This document shows positions 1 to 6,636 of a stretch of DNA of 12,512 nucleotides, one piece after another. Source of the stretch: Chlamydiota bacterium (GTDB lineage Bacteria; Chlamydiota; Chlamydiia; Chlamydiales; SM23-39); assembly GCA_048498835.1 (NCBI GenBank), contig JBEHXF010000051.1, positions 1 to 12,512 on the forward strand, given 5' to 3'. The position numbers and the translations under genes were made by a program. Under the pieces are notes generated by a model, which saw nothing but the letters and a program-made list of their open reading frames with translations, searched no databases and had not been told where the DNA came from. Position 1 is the first letter of the stretch, and every line of letters begins with the position of its first letter.

Positions 1-402
1 GGAGAACTCCACGCAGCTGTTCTAGCCAGCTCTGCTTTACCTGCCCTCTTTCCCCCCTACAAACAAGGAGAACAGGTTCTTGTTGATGGAGGAGTCTGTG
101 ATCCACTGCCCGTCCTCTTTGCTCGCTCATTGGGCGATGCGGTGATCATTGCCTCTGACATCAGCCCTTCTCTCGATGGTTTTGATGCAGAAAATCTCCC
201 TCAGGTTGCCCGTAAATCCTTTGAAGTACTCTGCCAGCGACTCGCATGTGCTGCCCAGAAAGAAGCTGATATTTTATTGACGATGGATTTTACAGGCATC
301 GCCTCTCCAATCGAAGATGGCGTGAATGATAAAATCTACGAAGAGGGAAAAAAGTCTGTCACCGATCGGTCAGACGAGATCTTAGAAAAAATCTACGGCT
401 GA
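1..402 (+). CDS. Patatin-like phospholipase (RssA/NTE type), C-terminal part; 5' end lies outside the window
   Basis: Frame 1 is open from base 1: GELHAAVLASSALPALFPPYKQGEQVLVDGGVCDPLPVLFARSLGDAVIIASDI. It has the ASSAxPxxFPP segment and the catalytic DGG motif of patatins. The track's start at 130 is internal. Confidence 0.9.
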   Translation, partial: GELHAAVLASSALPALFPPYKQGEQVLVDGGVCDPLPVLFARSLGDAVIIASDISPSLDGFDAENLPQVARKSFEVLCQRLACAAQKEADILLTMDFTGIASPIEDGVNDKIYEEGKKSVTDRSDEILEKIYG

Positions 403-422
403 TCATATAAAGTCATTCGATG

Positions 423-479
423 ATTTATTGGGATGGGTTTCTACAACAACCCATTCCTTTTAAGGATGTCCCAATAAAT
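423..479. repeat. Perfect 11-bp inverted repeat enclosing two smaller hairpins
   Basis: ATTTATTGGGA (423-433) and TCCCAATAAAT (469-479), with TGGGTT/AACCCA and TCCT/AGGA stems inside. Confidence 0.8.
430..461 (+). terminator. Probable intrinsic terminator of the patatin gene
   Basis: GGGATGGGTT (430-439) pairs with AACCCATTCC (448-457) with one G-U pair and an 8-nt loop, followed by TTTT; 27 nt after the stop. Confidence 0.55.
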
Positions 480-507
480 TTTAACGTTTCTATTTTCAAT
501 TTATTTG

Positions 508-521
508 TGTTATAATTAATT
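508..521 (+). promoter_or_regulatory. Extended -10 element (TGnTATAAT) for ORF 543-1232
   Basis: TGTTATAATTAATT, with TATAAT at 511-516, 26 nt before the ATG. The same 14-mer lies upstream of ORF 1629-1201. Confidence 0.65.
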
Positions 522-542
522 TTAATTAAAAGAGAAAATAAC

Positions 543-1232
543 ATGAATAACATTAACTCACTTCCATTTATTTCCTACCCGCCACCCCTTTACTATAGCA
601 ACCCGCCTGTCGATCCTCGAATACAAAGAGTTGAAAACGTTTGGCATCAAAACGCCCCTCCTCCCGTCTATTGGCCTCCAGCTATCCCAGTATACGCTCC
701 AGCTCCTATCCCGTTGCAGCCTGCACCCAATTTAGTTAGCTCTTACGCGCCAATACGTGGATACAATCGCGCGGAAGAACCTGTTCCTACTTCTCAAGAT
801 CAACAAGAAAAAGAGGTAAAACGATACATTGCCCAAAATATGGGAAAATCCACTTCTCTATTGGCAAAGGAAATATTAGATAAGTTTGAAATCGCAATGC
901 CTCACTCAAAAATTAAAAAAATTCAAGAAAAATACCAGAGGAGAATCCGATCTGAAACAGAAGTAAAATCGACTCCTACAACTGAACAGCCCAATACTAC
1001 CCCTCGTCCTAGCTTGCTCGGTCGTACTGTCACATTTATTGAAACCGTACAGATGATGAAAGATTCTTTAAAAGAATTTTACAAAGAGACTCCTAGAAAA
1101 GCCCCGAAAGTCACTTCAAGACAAGCTAACAACCCTATTCCCAAGAGTAAGAAAAAGCAAAAAAACCCTGATACCAAAGCGTCAGACACACTCTATTTCA
1201 TCAAAAATTCGAATCAGTCACCAACTCAGTAA
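543..1232 (+). CDS. Hypothetical Pro-rich, basic protein; candidate secreted effector with putative HTH
   Basis: 229-aa ORF with AT-rich upstream region and a -10 box. N/S-rich N-terminus, PPPLY and PPPVY motifs, helical core at aa ~84-131, and Lys-rich tail (PKSKKKQKNP). No Sec signal or TM segment seen. Confidence 0.75.
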   Translation: MNNINSLPFISYPPPLYYSNPPVDPRIQRVENVWHQNAPPPVYWPPAIPVYAPAPIPLQPAPNLVSSYAPIRGYNRAEEPVPTSQDQQEKEVKRYIAQNMGKSTSLLAKEILDKFEIAMPHSKIKKIQEKYQRRIRSETEVKSTPTTEQPNTTPRPSLLGRTVTFIETVQMMKDSLKEFYKETPRKAPKVTSRQANNPIPKSKKKQKNPDTKASDTLYFIKNSNQSPTQ

Positions 1233-1629
1233 AAAACATCTTTTGATGTTCCGTGCGAATATCTGCTAAATCCTCCAGACTCATCCATACATTGGTAGTA
1301 TTCCAAATATGACGTACAAGTTTTAAAGGACTCTGTAGGTATTGCTCTAGGCGCTGGATTTCTCTACCAATAATTCGCTGATCACATTTTCTGAGCCTAG
1401 CATAGACAACAAAGCTAGGATAGCGATATCGCGAGTAGCCATTATTTACGATTTCGAATTCAGAAGTTTCATCTATATTTGACTTTTGATTATTACAACC
1501 GACCTGCCCATCCCCTGTACAGAGGCGCTTGCGAAAAAGATCATGCTCCTGATCTTCTGCAGCTCTTTTACAACCTAAAAGAACTTCATCCAATGTCTGA
1601 GGAGAATCTAAGCGATTAATTGCGCTCAT
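1201..1629 (-). CDS. Hypothetical protein; candidate effector with bipartite NLS-like motif
   Basis: 142-aa ORF with TAGGTG SD-like sequence just upstream and its own extended -10. Its 3' end overlaps the convergent ORF by 32 bp. Contains KR-x10-RKR at aa 21-35. Confidence 0.7.
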   Translation of the reverse strand: MSAINRLDSPQTLDEVLLGCKRAAEDQEHDLFRKRLCTGDGQVGCNNQKSNIDETSEFEIVNNGYSRYRYPSFVVYARLRKCDQRIIGREIQRLEQYLQSPLKLVRHIWNTTNVWMSLEDLADIRTEHQKMFFTELVTDSNF

Positions 1630-1652
1630 TGCACCTACATCATTTATTCAGG

Positions 1653-1666
1653 AATTAATTATAACA
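1653..1666 (-). promoter_or_regulatory. Extended -10 element for ORF 1629-1201
   Basis: Minus strand reads TGTTATAATTAATT, identical to 508-521; TATAAT at 1663-1658. Confidence 0.65.
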
Positions 1667-1747
1667 TATTTATTTAAATTAAAAGAAATAAACTATCCCA
1701 ATAAAACGACCTGATGTAATATAAACATCTTTTATTGCGAGGTGCAC

Positions 1748-2665
1748 ATGTTTATCTTAATCATTCTAGGCGTTTTAGCCGTTGTATTGACCATTTCTCT
1801 TTACACCGTTCCTGAAGGAAACATCGCTGTCATCACCATGTTTGGTAAGTATCGACGGATTGCCAGACCCGGGCTCAGCGTCCGTATCCCTATTTTGGAA
1901 GTGGTGTCCAAACGAATCTCCATTCAAAACCGGACAGTTGAAATGGCTTTTCAAGCGATTACGCTCGATCAGGCAAATGTCTACTTCAAATCGATGATGC
2001 TGTACTCGGTGATGAATCAATCGGAAGAGATGATCAAACGCGTCGCCTTCAAGTTCATTACACAAGATTCCTTTATCCAAGCTCTTTCGAGAACAGTCGA
2101 AGGAATGGTAAGAGCCTTTGTCGCCTCCAAAAGACAGGCTGAGATTTTAAGCGTACAACAAGATATTGTCGAAGCAGTGAAAGCGCGTATCGATAGAACG
2201 CTTGAAGAATGGGGCTACCACCTTCTCGACTTGCAGATCAACGATATTACCTTTGATCAGGCGATCATGGATTCAATGAGCAAAGTGGTTGCATCAAAAA
2301 ACCTCAAAGAAGCTGCGGAAAACGAAGGACAAGCTCTCCTCATAACGAAAACAAAAGCTGCAGAAGCCGACGCTGTAGCCATTAAAATCTCTGCCGAAGC
2401 GGAGCGGGAAGCTTCTCGCATGCGGGGACAGGCCATTGCACAGTTCAGAAGTGAGGTAGCAGCGGGCATGAAACAGGCCGCGCTCGAAATGCAAGAGGCA
2501 AACCTAGACAATCATGTGATCTTATTTAGCATGTGGACGGAAGCTGTGAAAAACTTTGCAGAGGTGAATAAAGGCAGCACCATTTTCCTCGATGGAAGCG
2601 TGCAAGGCTTTGAACAGACTCTCAAGCGCATGATGGCTCTTCAATCGCAACAGGTTAATGTGTGA
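1748..2665 (+). CDS. SPFH/band-7 (stomatin/prohibitin) domain membrane protein
   Basis: N-terminal TM helix, then YTVPEGNIAVITMFGKYRRIARPGL, TLDQANV, WGYHLLDLQINDI and an AE-rich coiled coil. ATG 1748 follows GAGGTG; GTG 1742 is the alternative start. Confidence 0.93.
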   Translation: MFILIILGVLAVVLTISLYTVPEGNIAVITMFGKYRRIARPGLSVRIPILEVVSKRISIQNRTVEMAFQAITLDQANVYFKSMMLYSVMNQSEEMIKRVAFKFITQDSFIQALSRTVEGMVRAFVASKRQAEILSVQQDIVEAVKARIDRTLEEWGYHLLDLQINDITFDQAIMDSMSKVVASKNLKEAAENEGQALLITKTKAAEADAVAIKISAEAEREASRMRGQAIAQFRSEVAAGMKQAALEMQEANLDNHVILFSMWTEAVKNFAEVNKGSTIFLDGSVQGFEQTLKRMMALQSQQVNV

Positions 2666-2668
2666 GAT

Positions 2669-3874
2669 CTAGTGGGGAGCTAATCGAACGCTCCCTACGC
2701 TCGATGTAAATCCATTGTCATAAAGAGCTGTGACGTAGTAAGTAATCGCTCCCTTTTTCGGACAATTGTGATCGATAAATTCCAGTGTCTCCCCATCGAC
2801 TCGTCCTGCAAAATCTGTTAAACCCTCATCTCGATAAATATGGTAAAAAAGCGGAGATCCAGTAGACGGTGACCAGCGAATGTGTCGAAAATATTCGGTC
2901 TGAAGGAGAAATCGATCTTTTCCAGAAAAACCCGATAACACCCCTAAGGGGGGATCAGTCAGAGCCATCGCCGTATTGGATGGAGAAGAAAACCCAGAAA
3001 AGGTACGTAAGAGGCTGCGATCCGCAGTCCGAAATTTGCCCACCGCCTGCGGTTGGCTCGCCGCATAGCCAGCAGTGCCATCAGGAGTAATGGCTACACT
3101 CGTGGGTTGAGGAATCGCAATTGTATCGACTACGGTGTTGTCAGAAGTTCGAATGACGATGAGTGAATTGCTGCCATAATCAGATACAAAGATATAAGCG
3201 CCATCGGGCGTCACCGCTCCATACCGAGGACTATTAAAACCAGGAATGGTATCGATAACCGTATTATCTGACGTCCTAATGACCGAGATCGTATTATTGC
3301 CGAGATTGGTCACATAAACGCGTGTCTCATCGGGTGTGATTGAAATGCCAAGAGGTGCGCTAAAACCTGTGATTGTATCGATCACCGTATTATCTGAAGT
3401 TTGAATGACACTGACTGTATCATTTGCTGCATTGGTTACATAAGCTCGAGCATTCGTGACCACAATATCTTGGACGTTGCTAAAGCCAGTCACGGTAGCG
3501 ACAATTGCATGCGTCGTAGTTGAAACGACACTCACGGTGTCATCATTGCTAGCGACATAAACATATTCTCCATTCGGAAGAATCGCAATCGCGCTTGGTT
3601 GGTTCACGTCAATCACCGTTGGCAATAAGAGATTGGTCGAAGTATCGATGATCCGAAGTGTGTTGTCATCACTTCCCACATAGGCATACAAACCATCAGG
3701 AGTAACGTCAACTACTCTAGGAGAGGAAAACCCCGAGATTTTTTGCACCGTATCCCGCTCTACATCAATGACACTCACAGTCCCATTATCTAGATTTGTG
3801 ACATAAGCATGTGGAGTCGCGCCATGAAGTAAGCATATTTCTAGCAAAAAAAGAGATGCGAAGAATTTTTTCAT
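2669..3874 (-). CDS. Secreted YVTN/YncE-type beta-propeller protein with C-terminal FN3-like domain
   Basis: Signal peptide MKKFFASLFLLEICLLHGA, then ~7 repeats of ~42 aa (AYVTNxxxxTVSVIxTxxNTVIDTIxGFxxP..TPDG) with a 126-bp DNA period at 3123/3249/3375. C-terminal W...Y-x-IYR...YYVTA pattern. Start 3874 is preferred because the ATG at 3886 lies inside the -10 box. Confidence 0.9.
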   Translation of the reverse strand: MKKFFASLFLLEICLLHGATPHAYVTNLDNGTVSVIDVERDTVQKISGFSSPRVVDVTPDGLYAYVGSDDNTLRIIDTSTNLLLPTVIDVNQPSAIAILPNGEYVYVASNDDTVSVVSTTTHAIVATVTGFSNVQDIVVTNARAYVTNAANDTVSVIQTSDNTVIDTITGFSAPLGISITPDETRVYVTNLGNNTISVIRTSDNTVIDTIPGFNSPRYGAVTPDGAYIFVSDYGSNSLIVIRTSDNTVVDTIAIPQPTSVAITPDGTAGYAASQPQAVGKFRTADRSLLRTFSGFSSPSNTAMALTDPPLGVLSGFSGKDRFLLQTEYFRHIRWSPSTGSPLFYHIYRDEGLTDFAGRVDGETLEFIDHNCPKKGAITYYVTALYDNGFTSSVGSVRLAPH

Positions 3875-3881
3875 GCCAGAC

Positions 3882-3911
3882 AGCATAAAAAAATAGTAGA
3901 AGGTTTTTCAA
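3882..3911 (-). promoter_or_regulatory. Sigma70/66-type promoter, likely leaderless
   Basis: TTGAAA-N18-TATGCT, then 7 nt, then ATG 3874; no SD sequence. Confidence 0.5.
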
Positions 3912-3917
3912 GGAATA

Positions 3918-4502
3918 TTAAAATTGCCTGCCTAAAGCGCCGCCAAAAGACCAACCGCAAATCGTCGTGTCATTGGAATAAATCAAGGGATCCGATGAAC
4001 GATGTCCACCAAAAATGCTAAAGGAGTAATTGACGAAAAGATCGATTAAGAAGAGATCTTTGATCAACATCACCCCCGTTTTTGCTATCCCGCCACCGCC
4101 CCATTGATGCAATCTTTTTACCACATAAGGCGAAACGTCTTTCGTATGAAGATAGACACCTAAACCGCCAATTCCTCCATAGATACCCCAAGACCTCGAA
4201 GCATCGATAGAAAATAGCTTGAGGTACTTTAACCCGAATCCAATGGGAATAAAAAAGACCTTGGTGTTGTAGCCAGACGAAGAATGACCTCGCTTCGTAA
4301 AGAAATCGACACTCGTCCATACATGCAATTCTCTCCATGCTTGAACGGTCATTTCAATCCCATACAGACCGCTACCTCCATAAATCCGCTTAAAATCTCC
4401 ACTGGTCGGCAAGAAGTAAGCCGCTTTACCTTCAAGAAAAACATCGGTTGCCCATAAAGAACTAACCGATAAAAAAAGAATCAGTGCAATCCTTCTCATC
4501 AT
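3918..4502 (-). CDS. Small outer-membrane beta-barrel protein (OmpA/OmpW-like membrane domain)
   Basis: Signal peptide MMRRIALILFLSVSSLWA, amphipathic Gly/aromatic strands (IPIGFGLKY, YGGIGGLGVY) and C-terminal GWSFGGALGRQF ending in Phe. Start is 4502 or 4499; the track's 4607 start lies inside the peptidase gene. Confidence 0.85.
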   Translation of the reverse strand: MMRRIALILFLSVSSLWATDVFLEGKAAYFLPTSGDFKRIYGGSGLYGIEMTVQAWRELHVWTSVDFFTKRGHSSSGYNTKVFFIPIGFGLKYLKLFSIDASRSWGIYGGIGGLGVYLHTKDVSPYVVKRLHQWGGGGIAKTGVMLIKDLFLIDLFVNYSFSIFGGHRSSDPLIYSNDTTICGWSFGGALGRQF

Positions 4503-4509
4503 AAGTTGC

Positions 4510-4538
4510 ACAGTAAGAAACTTGGATACGGAATGCAA
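4510..4538 (-). promoter_or_regulatory. Sigma70/66-type promoter, likely leaderless
   Basis: TTGCAT-N17-TACTGT, then 7 nt, then ATG 4502; no SD sequence. Confidence 0.55.
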
Positions 4539-4541
4539 TGT

Positions 4542-4585
4542 AAAAATAGAAAATCCGGAGCCAACCTTTTTGGCTAGCTCCAGGA
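4542..4585 (-). terminator. Possible intrinsic terminator after G1 peptidase copy A
   Basis: Imperfect stem (TCC-GGAGC/GCTCC-A-GGA, or AGCCAA/TTGGCT), followed on the minus strand by TTTTCTATTTTT. Confidence 0.45.
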
Positions 4586-4591
4586 CCATTT

Positions 4592-5461
4592 TTATTCCTT
4601 CTTCCAAATGACTTGGAAGCCCGAACCATCTGCTGACGGAGCGGAAGGAACCATATTCACTACACCATTATCGACCATGGTAATAGCCGATGTACTCCAA
4701 GCAGGATTCACCAGGCCTGCAGTCACACCATCAATCGTCGCTGTGCAATTTTTGAATGTAATCGTTTGGAAGTTAGCAATCGGTTTAGTTTTATTCTTGC
4801 CTGCAAAAGGAGCCTCAACCACCCACGCTACAGCTGTTCTAACGGTCGAAGAACTCACCGTCGTACGTTCAAGAGGAATGACTGTCTTTACGCCTTGTGT
4901 AAGGTTCGCGATCTCCAGCTGGAATTGATTATAGCGAATATAGGTGACTTTAGCCGAAATTTCATCTCCTGGCTCAACCGGGAATCCGACGATTTGGCTG
5001 GCGAGACGGGGATACATTTCATACCAAGCAAAATCCTCTTGTTTCCCTTTTTTCCACTTATGCGTTGTCCCAATCTGCTCAACGGATGGGGCATAATAGC
5101 CATCAATTCCCACCCAAACCGAAACAGATGAGTTATCGGTTGAAGGTAATAATGTTGGAACTGTCCAAGTGCCTGAAACGCCCGTTGATCTCCCATCTAC
5201 GATTGGCTTAGCGCCATACGGTTTGATCGCAGCATAACCCGACCAAATATAGGTGTCTTCTTGCCTGACCGTGGGTGCGGCGGCCCCTACTTGAATCGAC
5301 TCGAGGGAAAAATCCCCATCATTTGTTTGATTGGCGTGGATTTCTTCATGTGGAATTTCTCTCAGTTCGCAGTGAATTTCTCGCAGCGGGCGATCTGATA
5401 GCGCCGATACAGAAGCACCTAACGCCAATAAAATTGCTAGACACCAACTCGTTTGTCTCAT
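4592..5461 (-). CDS. G1 family glutamic endopeptidase (eqolisin / peptidase A4), copy A
   Basis: Signal peptide and ~50-aa propeptide, then WSGY, VSGTWTVP, WVGIDG, VEQIGT (Q129), AWYEMYP, VEPGDEISAKV, NLTQG and WVVEAP (E216). These match the order of scytalidoglutamic peptidase motifs, including the Gln/Glu dyad. Confidence 0.93.
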   Translation of the reverse strand: MRQTSWCLAILLALGASVSALSDRPLREIHCELREIPHEEIHANQTNDGDFSLESIQVGAAAPTVRQEDTYIWSGYAAIKPYGAKPIVDGRSTGVSGTWTVPTLLPSTDNSSVSVWVGIDGYYAPSVEQIGTTHKWKKGKQEDFAWYEMYPRLASQIVGFPVEPGDEISAKVTYIRYNQFQLEIANLTQGVKTVIPLERTTVSSSTVRTAVAWVVEAPFAGKNKTKPIANFQTITFKNCTATIDGVTAGLVNPAWSTSAITMVDNGVVNMVPSAPSADGSGFQVIWKKE

Positions 5462-5488
5462 GACCCCTTCCTTTTCTTAAATTAACGA

Positions 5489-5537
5489 AAGTTTAAAAAT
5501 TCCTTAAACTTATACGCAGAAAAAAGGTATGTGTCAA
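5489..5537 (-). promoter_or_regulatory. Promoter with operator-like palindrome, copy A
   Basis: TTGACA (5537-5532)-N17-TATAAG (5514-5509). AAGTTTAA-N7-TTAAACTT at 5489-5511 overlaps the -10 and start region. AAGGAAGGGG SD precedes the ATG. Confidence 0.7.
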
Positions 5538-5691
5538 AATTTTTTCTTTACATCCTAAGTTGTGAGGGAGTTCTGTAATGAATTTTCAAGAGAAGTAAAT
5601 CTCTGTGATGATCTTTTCTTCAGTACTACAAAATTTATTAAAGAACTTCTTTTAGGCCGCAGATAAAAAAAGTCAGACACGGAATGCAATG

Positions 5692-5728
5692 TAAAAACAA
5701 GAGCTGTTCTAAACTATAGAACAGCTCT
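5692..5728 (-). terminator. Intrinsic terminator after G1 peptidase copy B
   Basis: Perfect 12-bp stem AGAGCTGTTCTA (5700-5711)/TAGAACAGCTCT (5717-5728) with a 5-nt loop, then TGTTTTT on the minus strand; 11 nt after the stop. Confidence 0.8.
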
Positions 5729-5739
5729 AATCTTTTAAC

Positions 5740-6609
5740 TTACTCTTTCTTCCAGATCACTTGGAAGCTGGAGCCATCTGCCGACGGAGCTGAAGGAACC
5801 ATATTCACAACACCATTGTCGACCATAGTAATGGCGGCTGTGCTCCAAGCTGGATTCACAAGGCCCGCAGTCACACCATCGATCGTCGCTGTACAATCTT
5901 TGAAAGTGATCGTTTGGAAATTGGCAATCGGATTAGTCTTGTTCTTGCCTGCAAAAGGCGCTTCTACCACCCATGAGACGGCCCTTCTGACAGTTGAAGC
6001 AGTCACGGTAGTACGCTCGAGAGGAACGACCGTCTTTACACCTTGTGTTAGATTGGCGATTTCAAGTTGGAACGAATTATAGCGAATATAGGTGACCTTC
6101 GCTGAGATCTCATCTCCTGGTTCAACCGGGAATCCGACGATTTCATTAGCAAACCGCGGATACATTTCATACCAAGCATAATCTTGTTGTTTCCCTTTTG
6201 TCCATTTATGTGCTGTTCCAATTTGCTCAACGGTCGAGGTTTGATAACCATCAATTCCAACCCAAATCGAAACGGATGAGTTATTCGTAGAAGGTAATAA
6301 AGTGGGAACTGTCCAAGTACCTGAAACGCCCGTTGATCTGCCATCATAGAGTGGTTTAGCTCCCAAAGGCTTGATCGCCGCATAACCCGACCAAATATAG
6401 GTCTGGTCTTGCGTGATCTTGGGTGCTGTGGCTCCAACTTGAATCGAATCGAGAGAAAATTCCCCATCATTTGTTTCAGTAGGATGGACCTCTTCATGTG
6501 GAATTTGTCTCAATTCGCAGTGAATTTCTCTCAGCGGCCGATCTGACAGCGCTGATACAGAGCTACCCAAAGCCAATAAAACTGCTAGACACCAACTCGT
6601 TTGTCTCAT
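5740..6609 (-). CDS. G1 family glutamic endopeptidase, copy B
   Basis: Same length (289 aa) and motifs as copy A, with Q129 and E216 retained. About 41 substitutions by manual count (~86% identity). Confidence 0.93.
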   Translation of the reverse strand: MRQTSWCLAVLLALGSSVSALSDRPLREIHCELRQIPHEEVHPTETNDGEFSLDSIQVGATAPKITQDQTYIWSGYAAIKPLGAKPLYDGRSTGVSGTWTVPTLLPSTNNSSVSIWVGIDGYQTSTVEQIGTAHKWTKGKQQDYAWYEMYPRFANEIVGFPVEPGDEISAKVTYIRYNSFQLEIANLTQGVKTVVPLERTTVTASTVRRAVSWVVEAPFAGKNKTNPIANFQTITFKDCTATIDGVTAGLVNPAWSTAAITMVDNGVVNMVPSAPSADGSSFQVIWKKE

Positions 6610-6636
6610 GACCCCTTCCTTTTCTTAAATTAACGA

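Larger units (their letters stand above)
4528..5574. repeat. Tandem duplication unit, copy A (period ~1148-1151 bp)
   Basis: Aligns with 5679-6721, including the CDS, ~110 bp of upstream DNA and a 19-bp downstream block. Confidence 0.92.

Noticed and set aside
130..402. Stand-alone 90-aa ORF
   Set aside because: It is the tail of the patatin frame that is open from base 1.
1775..3090. Antisense ORFs 1775-2080, 2257-2511, 2294-2494 and 2869-3090
   Set aside because: They shadow the well-supported SPFH and YVTN genes and show no motifs.
4503..4607. 35-aa N-terminal extension of the OMP
   Set aside because: It overlaps the peptidase stop, terminator and promoter; the signal peptide starts at 4502 or 4499.
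4808..4831. G1 peptidases as catalytically dead because the first Glu of AEWIVE is lost
   Set aside because: The catalytic residue corresponds to the second Glu (E136 of scytalidoglutamic peptidase), which is retained as E216.
4608..6082. Similar antisense ORFs 4608-4928 and 5816-6082 as a conserved gene pair
   Set aside because: Their similarity follows from being the reverse-frame shadow of the duplicated peptidases, and their boundaries differ.
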